Positions 11,929 to 25,468 are shown, counted from the first letter of the stretch. The stretch: DNA of 61,511 nt from Pelomyxa schiedti (GCA_020536535.1 JAHLWZ010000048.1:1-61511), one strand, 5' to 3'. Translations and numbers: made by a program. The notes: generated by a model from the letters alone, not told the origin.

Positions 11929-13254
11929 ATGGGACTAAACGAATCTCTGCGGCGACGCCAACACGAAGGAGGGGTAGGACGAATACCCACAGCAACAACA
12001 ACAACGGCGCGGTCACAGGCGATGGCCCTACTCTGTGCCCCATTGTCGGAACAACGAAGATCGACTCCAACATCCACACAAGCACTCGCAGAGACACATA
12101 CACATACACATACACATCAACATCAACAATCAACGACGACGCCTGGCGCACGTCGTCCTCCTCTTCTTGGAAAGGGAGGCAGTGACGATTTTGGTGGTGG
12201 GGATGGTGCTCCCCGTCCCATTATTGCAATGATCGAGTGGATACGATCGACGGCGGTGTTTAGGGCGTGGGCTGAGGACTGGGTCCTCAGGCCGTGTGAC
12301 GAGGCCGTGTTCGGGCTGCCAATCAGGAACCACTATTTGCACGTGAGTGTGTCACCAACTCTTGGACTTGTCAGACACTCGTGGTTCGCAATCAGCAGCT
12401 TCTCCGTGGTGCACGGCTGTTTGGGGCACAACAGAGTCCTTCTCAAGTCGCACGTCACCGGGCCTTCCTTGTGTTTCACCATTGAGGAACTGGGTGCCGA
12501 TGATGGAGTGGCACCAAGGCTAGTTTCGGTGCTGGAGACGCCATGCCCTCGCCTGTATTGCAACAGGAAGTGGGTTGTGGGGTTCCCAAAGAATGGGGAG
12601 ATGTGTGTATGGAGGGTTGTTGCCGGTGCTGTAGTGCAACCTGAGATGCACTTTGAAGGGATAGAGGTGGGGAGGGGTATCTTCTCACCGTGGAGTGATG
12701 ATGTTTTGATGGTGTTTTCCTTGGCTCAGTCAAGTGGAAGCTCGGTTCCATTCTGTGACTTGCAAAGCAGCTGCAAAGAGGGGAGACTTGTTGTCACTTC
12801 GAAGGTTCCGTGCAGAGCCCGCTTTTCAAATGGTATTATTTGGAGGCCAAATGGTTCCACTTGCACAGTGAATTATGAGAATTATGAATTATCCTATTTC
12901 CTCGTGGACAGCACGAGTGGCAAGAGAGTGATTCAGTATCCACTGAATACACCTGTGATTCCAATTGGCACCAGTCACATCTTTATCAGAGAGGAGTCGC
13001 AGTTTACCATGCGCCACACAGGAGGCATCACATCAGGCACACCAACACTTTGTGTTCCTTGCACGTGGGCGTCACCATCAACAGCCAACAGCCAACAGTC
13101 GTGCCTCATTGCGTCGACATCGGACCGTCCTGTGCATGGTCAATCCGAAGCCAAGTTCTCACTTCATGATGGTCCAACAGGTCTCCACGTTGGGGATTTC
13201 ACTGTGCCCTTTGACTCTTCTCGTTTGGAATTCGACACCACATTTCTCCTGTAG
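11929..13254 (+). CDS. HxRCG-related family protein (divergent motif)
   Basis: Intronless ORF of about 441 aa; 'ARSQAMALL', 'VSVSPTLGLV', 'CNRKWVV'. Confidence 0.75.
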   Translation: MGLNESLRRRQHEGGVGRIPTATTTTARSQAMALLCAPLSEQRRSTPTSTQALAETHTHTHTHQHQQSTTTPGARRPPLLGKGGSDDFGGGDGAPRPIIAMIEWIRSTAVFRAWAEDWVLRPCDEAVFGLPIRNHYLHVSVSPTLGLVRHSWFAISSFSVVHGCLGHNRVLLKSHVTGPSLCFTIEELGADDGVAPRLVSVLETPCPRLYCNRKWVVGFPKNGEMCVWRVVAGAVVQPEMHFEGIEVGRGIFSPWSDDVLMVFSLAQSSGSSVPFCDLQSSCKEGRLVVTSKVPCRARFSNGIIWRPNGSTCTVNYENYELSYFLVDSTSGKRVIQYPLNTPVIPIGTSHIFIREESQFTMRHTGGITSGTPTLCVPCTWASPSTANSQQSCLIASTSDRPVHGQSEAKFSLHDGPTGLHVGDFTVPFDSSRLEFDTTFLL

Positions 13255-13547
13255 AGTTATGTTGCTGCAACAACAGGGGGAACCATGCCGTAAAAGTACC
13301 ATGGGCTGTGACACTACTACAAGTGTCAAATCTGCTCCGCCACGAAGATCACTGTATCTTCCTTCCCAGTTTCGGGATTAGAAGAATTGGATTTCCACAG
13401 CCCTAACTATGGTGCCTGTGGCCGATTGATCTGATGTGTCAAGGTTGTCCCTTTCGCTTTTTCTGATGTTTGTCCTTCAAGAGAAAACCCCGGTTGCCAC
13501 AGAAAGCGAGGAAAAACTCAGAGAGACAGTACCCCAAACACACAGTG

Positions 13548-16500
13548 ATGCTGTGGTTTTTCTGCCAGCAATCGTTTGATCCCCTCAAGTTTTTGGAGAA
13601 TGCAGTAGAAACACCATTGGATATTCAATTTTTCTCGCAGTCGCTAGACGAACGCAAGGGCCCCGAGGCGTGGTGGCGCGCCCGTGAAATTACACTCCAG
13701 CTCGTTGCTTCAAAATTGGGGTATGTTTTGTGTTCCCTGTTATTTTTTTTTTTCCCCCGTCGCGTTCTTCGGCTCTCTCTGTCTTTACACAATAATTAAT
13801 TATTTTGATACGAATAAATTCTGTTTGGAACGACCACCTATGTTCTTTTTTTTTTTGCTTGATTTCTCACTGCCTTTACTCATTTCCTACGGAACGCTCT
13901 TTGTGGTTTGATTTGTAGTCTTTAAGTGTTGTAGACCTAACTAATGTGACTATGGTGTGACAGAAACAGAGCTGGCGGTCTGCAAGACCCTCATTTATGG
14001 AGGTATAACCTGAAAGATGAGTGGTCTCTTGTTGCCTTTTACCTGCCATACGAGGGAATGACTCCTGAGGACCAGCAGCGTGTTGTAATAGACCTTGTGA
14101 AAGCCGCTGATTGTTTTATGCATCCGATGTTTTCCCCGATCCGTTTCACACCAACGACGGTACCTTTGACAACCACCAAGATTGGTCTCTGGTCTCTCTC
14201 ACCTTCTCAGCTACACTCTTATTCCTTGCAGGAACTGAAGTCCGAGAGTCTCTCAACCTTCCTGAAAGTCCCATCGTCCGTGACAATACTTTTCTCATCT
14301 GGTACTCTCCACTTGAACTGGAAGTCTCAGAAAAAGCCGTGTCTTGCATGCCTGGACGAATAGGTTTGACTAAAATGCGCTGCTACTCCAAAGCCTTGAA
14401 TGTTGCTGGGTGCCGAAAGCTTTTCACCAAGATTCCTCTGAAGCTGGAAGTTTCACCTCTGGTTTTCTTTGGAGCTCTCTTTCATAAGGCCATTGTATCA
14501 ATCACTGGGCATGCCCATCCAATCTGGCATCCCTGTCCCGTGCTCAAAGGCCCTTCAGAGCCAACAAAACCGTTCGCTTATGCACCTTTCTTTGAACCCA
14601 AAGATGGCTATGGCGAATTTGGTTTGGATTTCCAACAGGTTGTTTCACATTTCAATAGCCAACACCGTCATTACAGGAGAGTCCTGACGGAATCTCTCGA
14701 CACCCCAACGACAACTTCTTCTGAGGATGACCCATTCATTTTCTGCAGTGATTATGTTGCTCACAATGGCTCAGTTCTCCTCATTGTAAACGACCATATA
14801 TCTTGCCCACAGGCATATTTCGAAGATGATGCTGCAAGTATCTTAGCTCGCGGTGAACACCCATTTGCACTCACACTTATTATCACGCGACATTCAAAGG
14901 ACAATTACATCACAATCTCTTGTCTGAACTCCAAGTACACCTGTTCTCCTGTGCAGATAAATGACTTGTGTGAAAATCTTTCCGTTCTGGCGCAAAGAAT
15001 TATCAACGATTCCACTTTATGCCTCCAGGCAACAGCATTACCTTGCCTCCCTTCCAGCATTTACTTTTATGCAGCAATGAAGTGGAACTCTGATGCCAGT
15101 CGAGTCAACCATCAAGGCCCTTTTTGGCACAACAGACCCCTGATTCCAACGGAAGAGTTTATGTGGAAAGATTGGCAAAACAACCCGCGGTCATTGCAGA
15201 AGAAAGGTGGCCAACTTTGTGTATGGCCGTCTGTTAAACACTTCCGTACAAAAGTTCTACACCAGTGGAGGAATACGGTATTTCTTTTGTAAAATAGTAT
15301 TCCCTTGCTTAACGCAAGAAATCAGGTGGATTATGTTGGAGCTGTGCCGGCTAAATACATATCTGATGAGCCGGTGAACTCTGTGTCATATTTTGACAAT
15401 ACCCGTGCAAAATGGATTGTGCCACAAATACCTGGATTCTGTGACGCCGACGAAAAAACGAGAGACAGCTGGCTCCTCCAGGTCTACAATATGCGCTCAA
15501 TCAATACACTTGCCGGCAGCCGTCCTTGTTTCAAGTCTGATAGAGCCTCAGAATTCATAAATGAACTTTTGCTTCAGCCCATGAAGTTACTATCTCCAGC
15601 AGCAGAATACCGCTGGGCAGTAAAACTTGGAGAAAACAAGTATGGTACTGTCGGGAACGGACACCACGTGTGGCTGGATGGTATTGGTGGTGCTATTGAA
15701 TTTGACATTTTGTTTAGCTCTTGGTTCTTTCCCTATTGGTCAATTGCAAAATATACTTCACTCTACCAGCTTGGTCGGTTCCCTCAATTTTCTCAGTTTC
15801 ATGATGCTGTCAAACCTTTTTACACACCTTCCAGGATTTCTGCTCGGCATCAGTACTGGGAAGACACAATAAAACGGTATTCCTTGATTGTAAAGAGTTC
15901 AGTTATTTGGCCATGGAGCAGCAACTCCGAAATCCCTTGGAAGAAAGGAATACGTTCTGCTGTGTTTGAAGTGCCCTCTTCTGTTCTCATGAAATTACAC
16001 ACCCTCCGGCAGCAGGAGAACGCCACACCTTTTCATCTGTTAGCATCTTTACTGGTTTCCTTCTTATACACTCTTTCAAATCCAGAAACACAAGGGCTTT
16101 GCATTTCTTATCCAGCTTCACTGCGCCCTACTCGTAATCAATATTGGTCTGGAACTCATGCCAACATGTTGCCTTTATTTGTACAGTTTGAGAAAACAGT
16201 TACACCACGAAACATTTTGCAAGCAATCAAAACGCAAAGGAATTCAGACAGGGACAACCAACATACACTTTGGCCAGAAATTGCCAAACTCATGACTGAC
16301 AATGGCTTAGTTGTCCCCAACATAATGCTTGCTGACACCCTTTTGAACCTTTATAACCTACACCCAGCCATATCTTCCCAGATTCAGCAAACGATATATC
16401 AGTCTCACAAAGATGTACTTTATGACTTGACGTTGCTATATGAATGGGCTCCAGATAAATCAAAACTTGCCCTGAGGTGGGAATTCCGCAGGGCACTGTT

Positions 16501-18347
16501 CTTCTTTTCAACAACACCAGCCTTGTTTGAAGACTTGTTCAAAAAATTCTTGGAGGATGTTGCAGATCAACCAGATAACCCTGGCGTTTTGACCCACATG
16601 CTATTTATTCCTCCTGGTGCCTCAGTTGCGCCCACCTTATCTTTTCCGGAGGAGTTCACAGCAATGCCACAGTGGAATTGGTACGGTAAACTCCATCTCA
16701 GGCAGTCAGGTGTGAACTCTGCTCCAATTGAGTTCACCATCCCTCTGGATTCCGAAAATTCTGTTCTTCAAGACTGGCAACTGAAACTCTGTCAAACTTG
16801 GGAAGACATTCTACTGTGGGCTTCTGTTGTATACTGGAGCAAAGTCTCGGACATGAATGAAGCAGACTCCGTGATATTTGGTGCTTTGGGCAGTAGGAAT
16901 GAAGTCCACTTCATTGATGTGAGTGTGAGAAAGGTAGCCTCAGCGCTTACTCTTCAAGAGTCTCTTGAGTGCTTTTTGGCTTCCAAGAAAGATGCCTGTT
17001 GCATGGTTGGGCAGGCTGCGTTTTGCACTGTTTATGGTACGACTTCTCATGCCAATACCAATTTCAAGTCCTTGTGGGAGATGTGGGCCGCAAAGCCGGC
17101 ACTCTTCCTTGGCCTGGAGGAGGGAGCAATCAGGATTCTCTGTGACCCGTCATACAACCTTGCTCCCAGCAGATACGAGCATGCAGCACAGTCAATTTTG
17201 CATATCCTCTTGAGTGCTGCCAAATGTCCCGGAACTCCCCTCAAAGCCCTCAACTTGATTGACAACTCCCCCTCTGAGAAAGAACTCATTGGCAAAGCAT
17301 TTGTCCAATCGCATCCCTCAGATTCGCCACTTGTGACACCATGGACCACTCTGGTTGATGCTTTCATTTTTCAGGTGAAAAGGAACCCAAGCATCAAGAT
17401 ATGGATTGGAAACAAAGCAGCAGGGCCCGTCGAATCACACACTATCACAGAACTGTTTCAGCTGGCAACAGCCTTGGCCATCTCAAAGCCGATTGTTCAA
17501 CGGTGCACACACAACGACGTTGTATTTCTGTCCTTTCCCAGAGGCTGGGAAGCGATTATTGCCCTGTGGGGTGTTCTGCTTGCTGGGGGTGCATGCTGCC
17601 CTCTGGATCCTGAGATTCCGGAAGCAAGGGCACACCAATTAATTGACAAAGTGAAGTGCATGTGTAAATCCGGCCTGGAACCATTGGTGTTGACAACCTC
17701 CAAGCTTGCAGATCATGGCCTCCGGGAGAAAATTGTTCTAAAAGGAGAACTCATTGTTGTCCAACCATCTACTGCCCAACTTCCCCCACAGGAACTGGTC
17801 CCAGTGAGCACCCAAGTTCACCAACCAACACCCGACGATTTGGCCTTTGTCCTGTTTACCAGTGGGACTTCAGGGCAGCCCAAGGCAATACCAACCAGGC
17901 ACAGAGCTTGGATTTCACGAATGATAAAAAGTGCACCGTTTGTTTTCATGCTGGATAAAGAAGACCCTACTTCACTCATTTCCACCCGGCCCCGATCCTC
18001 CTCCTGTGGTTGCATGGCCCACGTGTGCTCTCCATACTTTGACGTTGCCTTATTCGAGCAGACTTTCCCTCTTGTGTTTGGAATGGATATGGGCATTGTT
18101 GGTGAGTGGGTTCCGGATTTGCATCTTTTGGCCAACTTGGCACAGCAATCCCATTTGACACACATGACAGCAGTTCCAAGTTTCCTGAAAGCACTCACTT
18201 CAAGAGAGGAGTTGTGTGCAATTGTGGCGAAGTCAATGAAATGCGTTGCCAGTGGTGGTGAAGCTCTTTCTGTCGAATTCGCAGACAAACTTGCTTCCTC
18301 GTTTCCGAATGCATCAATTGTAAATGCGTATGGACCTGCTGAGGCAG
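13548..18347 (+). CDS. NRPS copy B (half C - C - half C - A), 3' end in gap
   Basis: Introns 13721-13963, 14185-14231, 15278-15325. C-domain HHVWLDG at 15662-15682. A-domain motifs FTSGTSGQPK, FDV, GGEAL, NAYGPAE. Confidence 0.9.
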
Positions 18348-18599
18348 NNNNNNNNNNNNNNNNNNNNNNNNNNNNNNNNNNNNNNNNNNNNNNNNNNNNN
18401 NNNNNNNNNNNNNNNNNNNNNNNNNNNNNNNNNNNNNNNNNNNNNNNACGACTTGAAATCGAGGTGAACGATCAGGTAGATTTCCGCGAACTTGATTTCC
18501 TAAGATGTCAGGTCCGAGTGCTGACTCAGCAGGTCAGTCTCTCAGTCTCAGTGTTCATGCTCGTGCTCGCAGAGAGTTTGCTTGTGTATTCTACAGAAT

Positions 18600-19050
18600 C
18601 ACACACTTGGTCATTCTTACAACCATTCTAAGAACCCAATGCAGGCTGTTGGCAGTTTGCAGCCTGTTGTTGAGCCCCAACTGGCCTCGGTGCAACGCCG
18701 TAAGCATCGGCACCAACTTCCGCAATCGTGTATTCCAACGCAGAAGTCCCAGCAGCTCGGCCGAGCTCAGCAGCACCCTGTCGTTCCCCAAACAGCCACG
18801 CACAGCAGCCGAAGCCATTATGAACCAAGAGTGCCTTACAAGCATGGTAAGTGACACACTCACAAACAGGTAGTGATCCCTGATCGGCAGACTGAACACA
18901 ACCTCGTCGCAGCTCCTGAGAACCCAGTCCACAGCCCACCTCCGACGATTGTATCCACCGAATCATCGATGGTGACACACAACAGCAACAACAACCAACG
19001 GCGGCAGCTGGGGGGCGGCGGTACGTTGCTCCGTCGTTTTCGCATTGGCT
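18600..19050 (-). pseudogene. Decayed homolog of the 11929-13254 gene
   Basis: 'DWVLRSCDEVVFSLPIRDHYLFVSVSLTMLVRHSWF...GCLGNDRVLL' aligns to 'DWVLRPCDEAVFGLPIRNHYLHVSVSPTLGLVRHSWF...GCLGHNRVLL'; frameshifted and truncated. Confidence 0.8.
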
Positions 19051-19418
19051 CTGCAAGTTTCAGATGAAGGCCATCACCTGTGACTTGGCTGTGGTTCCTG
19101 CTGTTGATAAGGACCAACATGGTTATTTGTTAAGTATGTGTTTTGAGCGATTTCGTTTGTAACACTTGTTTCAAAGAAAATCTCTCCTCAAGAGATCACC
19201 TGAATATTTGCACATACATGTTCTCCTCTCCTGTACATTAGAACTAGTGCAACTAACATACCTAACTATGGTCACTGTGGATGATGTTGTCCAATGATTT
19301 CTCGTTTTCAGTTGCCGCTCAGCGTCTGAGAAAAGTTCCCAAGAGACAAGAGCTAAAAACCCCTCAGAGATCTCATAAACAAGGGGTGAGCACGCCTGCA
19401 CCCACTCCAGTCATACAC

Positions 19419-22400
19419 ATGTTGTGGTTCTTCTGTGTTCGTTCCTTCGAACCTGCCAAGTTTTTGACAAACGAGCTCGAAATACAAGATCTCCAAGTGT
19501 GCGAACAGTCGCTCGACGAAGTCAAGGGCACCGAGGCGTGGTGGTGCGCCCGTGAAATTACACTCCAGCTCGTTGCTGCCAAATTGGGGTACGTGCCGTC
19601 TTTTTTTTTTTTTTTTCTCCTCGTTGTTAAACTGGAGCCACTTGTTTAAGCTGGGTTTTTTTTTTTTTTCCCCTTCGTTGTTCTTCGCTCTGTCTTTACT
19701 TCATCATTTTTTACCTATTTCTTGTGAATCAACTCAAGGGTATTAAAATTAAAAGAGCTAGTTATCGGTGTCTTACAATTTCTTTGATTCGATGATAGTA
19801 TTTAGTTTTTTAGGCCTAACTAGTGTGACAGAAACAGAGCCGGCGGTCTGCAAGACCCTCATTTATGGAAGTATAACCTGAAAGATGCGTGGTCTCTTGT
19901 TGCCTTTTACCTGCCGTACGAGGGAATGACTCCTGAGGACCAGCAGCGTGTTGTAATAGATCTCGTGAAAGCTGCTGATTGTTTTATGCATCCAATGTTT
20001 TCCCCGATCCGTTTCACACCAACAACAGTACCTTTGACAGCCACCAAAATCGGTATTGAAGTCTCACTTTCTCAACTACTTTCTTATTCCTTGCAGGAAC
20101 TGAAGTCCGAGAGTCCCTCAACCTTCCTGAAAGTCCCATTGTCCGTGACAATTCTTTTCTCATCTGGTACTCTCCACTTGAACTGGAAGGCTCGGGAAAA
20201 GCCGTGTCTTATATGCCTGGACGAATAGGTTTGAATAAAATGCGCTGCTACTCCAAAGCCTTGAATGTTGCTGGGTCCCGCAAGCTTTTTACAAAGATTC
20301 CTCTGAGGCTAGAAGTTTCTCCTCTGGTATTTTTTGGAGCTCTCTTTCATAAGGCCATTGTATCCATCACTGGGCATTCCCATCCAATCTGGCATCCTTG
20401 TACAGTGCTCAAGAAGAAAGACCCTTCAGAGCCAACAAAACCGTTCGCTTATGCACCTTTCTTTGAACCCAAAGATGGCTATGGCGAATTTGGTTTGGAT
20501 TTCCAAAAGCTTGTTTCACATTTCCATAGTCAACACTGTCATTATAGGCAAGTCCTAACGGACTCTCTCGACACCCCAACGTCAACTTCTTCTGAGGATG
20601 ACCCATTCATTTTCTGCAGTGATTATGTTGCTCACAATGGCTCAGTTCTCCTCATTGTAAACGACCATATATCTTGCCCACAGGCATATTTTGAAGATGA
20701 TGCTGCAAGTATCTTAGCTCGCGGTGAACACCCTTTTGCACTCACACTTATTGTCACGCGACATTCCAAGGATAATTACATCACAATCTCTTGTCTGAAC
20801 TCCAAGTACACCTGTTCTCCCGTGCAGATAAATGACTTGTGTGAAAATCTTTCCGTTCTGGCACAAAGAATTATCAACGATTCCACTCTACGCCTCCAGA
20901 CCACGGCATTACCTTGCCTCCCTTCCAACATTCACTTGTATGCAGCAATGAAGTGGAACTCCGATGCCAGTCGAGTCAGCCATCAAGGCCCTTTTTGGCA
21001 CAACAGACCCCTGACTCCAACAGAAGAGTTTATGTGGAAAGACTGGCAAAACAACCCGCGGTCATTGCAGAAGAAAATTGGCTGGAATACTATCTGGCCA
21101 TCTGTTAAACACTTCCGGATGAAAGTTCTGCACCAGTGGATGAACACTGTATTTCTTTTTTTGTAAGACAGTGTTACCTTTCTTAACCAAGAAATCAGAT
21201 AGATTATGTTGGAGCTGTGTCAGCTAAATACATCCCTGATGCACCAGCGGACTCTGTGTCATTTTTGAACAGAACCCGCGCAAGATGGATTGTGCCACAA
21301 ATACCTGGATTCTGTGACGCCGACGAAAAAACGAGAGAGAGTTGGCTCCTCCAAGTCTACAATATGCGCTCAATCAACTCACTTGCTGGAAGCCGTCCTT
21401 GTTTCAAGTCAGACAGAGCCTCAGAATTCGTAAAGGAGGCACTGCTGCAGCCCATGAAGTTACGATCTCCAGCAGCGGAATACCGCGTGGCGGTAAAACT
21501 TGGAAAAAACAAGTATAGTACTGTCGGGCATGGACACCACGTGTGGCTGGATGCCCTTGGTGGTGCTATTGAAATTGACATTTTGTGTCACTCCTGGTTC
21601 TTTCCATATTGGTCAATTGCAAAATATACTTCACTCTACCAGCTTGGTCGGTTTCCTCCATTTTCACAGTATCATGATGCCGTCAGACCTTTTTACACAC
21701 CTGCCAGGATTGCAACTCGACATCAATACTGGGAAGACACAATAAAACGGTATTCCTTGATCGGAAAGAGTTCAGTTACCTGGCCATGGAGCAGCAACTC
21801 CGAAATCCCTTGGAAGAAAGGAATACGTTCTGCTGTGTTTGAGGTGCCCTCTTCTGTTCTCATTAAATTACACGCTCTCCGGCAGCAGGAGACTGCCACC
21901 CCTTTTCAGCTTCTGGCATCTTTGCTGGTTTCCTTCTTATACACTCTTTCAAATCCGGAAACACAAGGTCTGTGCATTTCTTATCCAGCTTCACTGCGCC
22001 CCACTCAGAATCAATATTGGTCCGGCACTCATGTCAACATGTTGCCTTTATTTGTACAGTTGGAGAAAACTGTGACACTCAGGAACATTTTGCGGGCAGT
22101 CAAAAAACAAAGGAATGCAGACAGGGACAACCAACACACACTTTGGCCGGAAATTGTCAAACTCATGAGTGAGAACGGCTTAGTTGTCCCCAACATAATG
22201 CTTGCTGACACCATTTTGAATGTTTATTCCCTGCACCCGACAATTTCCTCGCAGATTCAACTTTCTATGCTCCACTCTCACAAAGAGGTACTTTATGACC
22301 TTACGTTGCTTTATGAATGGGCTCCAGATAAATCAAAACTTGCCCTGAGGTGGGAATTCCGGAGGGCACTGTTCTTCTATTCAACAACGCCAGCCTTGTT

Positions 22401-23062
22401 TGAAGACTTGTTCAAAAAATTCTTGGAGGATGTTGCAGATCAACCAGATAACCCTGGCGTTTTGACCCACATGCTATTTATTCCTCCCGGTGCCTCGGTT
22501 GCTCCCACCTTATCTTTTCCAGAGGAGTTCACAGCAATGCCACAGTGGAATTGGTACGGTAGACTCTCTTCCAGGAAGACAGGTGTGAACTCTGCTCCGA
22601 TTGAGTTCACCATCCCTCTGGATTCCGAAAATTCTGTTCTTCAAGACTGGCAACTGAAACTATGTCAAACTTGGGAAGACATTCTGTTGTGGGCCTCTGT
22701 TGTTTACTGGAGCAGAGTCTCGGACATGAATGAAGCAGACTCCGTGATATTTGGTGCTTTGGGCAGTAGGAATGAAGTCCACTTCATTGATGTGAGTGTG
22801 AGAAAGGTAGCCTCAGTGCTTACTCTTCAAGAGTCTCTTGAGTGTTTTTTGGCTTCCAAGAAAGATGCCTGTTGCATGGTTGGGCAGGCTGCGTTTTGCA
22901 CTGTTTACGGTTGTCTGACTTCTCATGCCAATTTCAAGCCTTTGTGGGAGATGTGGGCTGCAAAGCCCGCACTCTTCCTTGGCCTGGAGGAGGGGGCAAT
23001 CAAGATTCTCTGCGACCCGTCATACAACCTTGCTCCCAGCAGATACGAGCATGCAGCACAGT
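19419..23062 (+). CDS. NRPS copy C (cut by gap before the A domain)
   Basis: Same exon structure as copy B (third intron 21149-21198); HHVWLDA at 21535-21555. Confidence 0.85.
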
Positions 23063-23162
23063 NNNNNNNNNNNNNNNNNNNNNNNNNNNNNNNNNNNNNN
23101 NNNNNNNNNNNNNNNNNNNNNNNNNNNNNNNNNNNNNNNNNNNNNNNNNNNNNNNNNNNNNN

Positions 23163-25468
23163 GCGACTCCGTGGCCTGCCGGCGCCCCCCGCCCACGCCG
23201 CCCGCACCTAACCCTCCTCCTCCCCCCCGCACCTTCGTCATCCCACTGCCCCCCGGGGGTATCCCTCCATCGTCGCCATGCTGCTGCTGCGACGACGCCG
23301 ACGACGAGGAGGAGTTCACGCGAGGGGAGCCTAAGCCAGCCCTTGTGAAGTGGCCGCGGCTGGAGTGGCCAGGGTCCGCGAGGGCGGCTAACACGCCGTG
23401 GAACGTGGCTCAGAAGGAGCGCCGCTACAGGTTCGAGTTGATCCGCGACATCGTGGCCGCGGCTGAAGCTCTTGGTGACCATGGTGGAAACGAAAATGCA
23501 ACTGCAACTGCAAAAGGAAATGGAAATCGAAATCGAAATGTAGTAAGTGAAGGCGGAAGTGGAAGTGGTGGTGACACGGAATCAAACACAAAAAAAAGGA
23601 GGGGGGTAAGGGTGGTGATGATACCGCTTGTGTTCCCCAACGCGGGGAGCATGCTGGAATACTTGGAGAAGAAAGTCCGCACTGAGGAATCGTGGAAATG
23701 CTTAACGGGAAGCTACTCCACCAACTGGTTCTGCCGCCTCAGGAGCACTGATGAATTCCTGCCGGCAATTCCGGATGGGGAGGAGAGAAATGTGGTGCTG
23801 AGAGAGGTCATGTCCGGGTTCAAAATGGCCAGAGTATCTCGTGGGCCTCAGCCAGAAATGCTGAGACCCAACACAACTGCTCTTCCTCCTCTGAACGTGT
23901 GTAACTTAAAATTCTGCGTAGTGATCCAATCTTTTCCTACAGGAAACCCAAATATGCTTTGTGGAGAACCGCATCAAGTGGTCCCGGAAGAGGAAGTGCA
24001 TAGCGTGGGCAAGGAGACTCATGGAATCAGGTTGCAGGGAGGTGCTACTCTCCACAGCATGTAAGCATGCGTGGGCTGACTGGTATTCCAGGGAAACCCG
24101 CTCTGTGATATTTGGAAGTCCAGCTTGGAAGCTGATTCAGCGTACTATTTTTCCGAAGATTTTGTCAAAATCTCACCAAAATCAGGATCGTGCCATATTA
24201 TTTCAAGATCCCTAGTATATTTCCTCAGTGGCACACACCCACGGGCAGGAAAAGGCAGCACCCTTTCAATCCTGGGCCGTGACGTCATTAATAATATTCT
24301 TAAGTTATACACTGGCTTTAGTTGTGACGATTATTGGCAGAAGGAGCCACCTCTTACTGAATACGAAATTTTCCTACTGCCTTCTTCACGTACATGGATT
24401 CCCCCTGCGACAGAAAAGTTTCATGTTGCTGCTTTTGGGAACTACGACGTGGATGGACACCAAGCTGATATCCCGCTTCTATCCCGTATGTGTTTCTTCA
24501 CTCTTGCCGTGCTGACACAAAAAAAAGTAATTGCTGCTTATGCTCTCCTTTATGAACAAGGACCTTTCATTTCGCTTGAAAAGTTTATTCAGGGAGCTGG
24601 TAGTCCTCAACAACCTGCTTCATCTAACTTATTGTTATCCAGAGGCCGGGAATGTTGGAAATTTACAATGTTTTGCCTGTTTCAAAAGTGGTGCCTTTGC
24701 ACACACTCCGCAGGAGAGATTTATGGCCCTAAGGCTCTGTGAAACGCTATTTGGAGTTATTGGAGAAGAAAAAGAGAATCAGGTACAGACTACATTTCCT
24801 TTTGAATTAATGCTGAATTACTCTCGACAGTTCCGCAAGTGCTTTACTGGAGATGGCCTTGTTATAATGGGAGACGGGACCCGCAAGTTCTCCAACACTA
24901 ATTCTCACCTTATTCTCACTTTTACCAGGATGGTTTCCGAGGTTCAGAGAGGAGATTATGTCCGAACAGAATCTGGTGTTAAACCAGTATCCCTTATTGA
25001 GTGCCGGACAGTCAACAGTGTGATTCCAATGTGTGAAGTACTTGGGGTTTGGTTGACTCCCGGACATCCCGTTTTCATAGTATGGTTTGATATTTTCTCC
25101 CGGCCAACAAACCCACACAACAACCCAGAATGGGATGTGGTCTCACCCATTTGAGGTGACTGCCGTTCAGGAGCGGCATGTCACCGAACTGTTCAACTTT
25201 GAACTGGTTGGTGGTCCTCTATCACCAGACCACTCTGTGTGGATAAACGGCCTACTGGTTTGTGTGCCTGTGTAACTATCATCCGGTTGTTTCTAACAGA
25301 CACTGCACACACCAGGTTTGCACACTTGGAAAGGATTGCGGTGACAGAATAACAAGAGGTTGGCCCAAGGCTGATGATCAGGCAGGCACAGGATACTGGC
25401 GAAAAGCTTCATCTAATTGGTCCAAGTACATTTCTCACACCAACTCACCCTCAGGAGAGAGCAACTGA
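23163..25468 (+). CDS. Multi-exon protein with C-terminal Vint-type Hint domain; 5' end in gap
   Basis: 'CFTGDGLVIMGDG' from 24840, 'VQRGDYVRTESG', 'LTPGHPV', 'LFNFEL...HSVWINGLLVCTLG'. Short GT-AG introns (e.g. 24083-24123) join the ORFs. Confidence 0.8.

Noticed and set aside
14185-14231. Programmed frameshifts between successive NRPS ORFs
   Set aside because: The frame changes are fully explained by canonical GT-AG introns conserved in all copies.
13548-18347. Bacterial contaminant or endosymbiont contig as the source of the NRPS
   Set aside because: Spliceosomal introns and gap-free continuity with eukaryotic neighbouring genes.
15305-18631. 1108-aa ORF as a complete protein
   Set aside because: It starts inside an intron and reads through 100 Ns; the same applies to the 52901, 21217 and 22925 ORFs.
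24840-25468. True intein or homing element
   Set aside because: No C-terminal His-Asn plus nucleophile and no endonuclease; it matches a Vint-type Hint domain instead.
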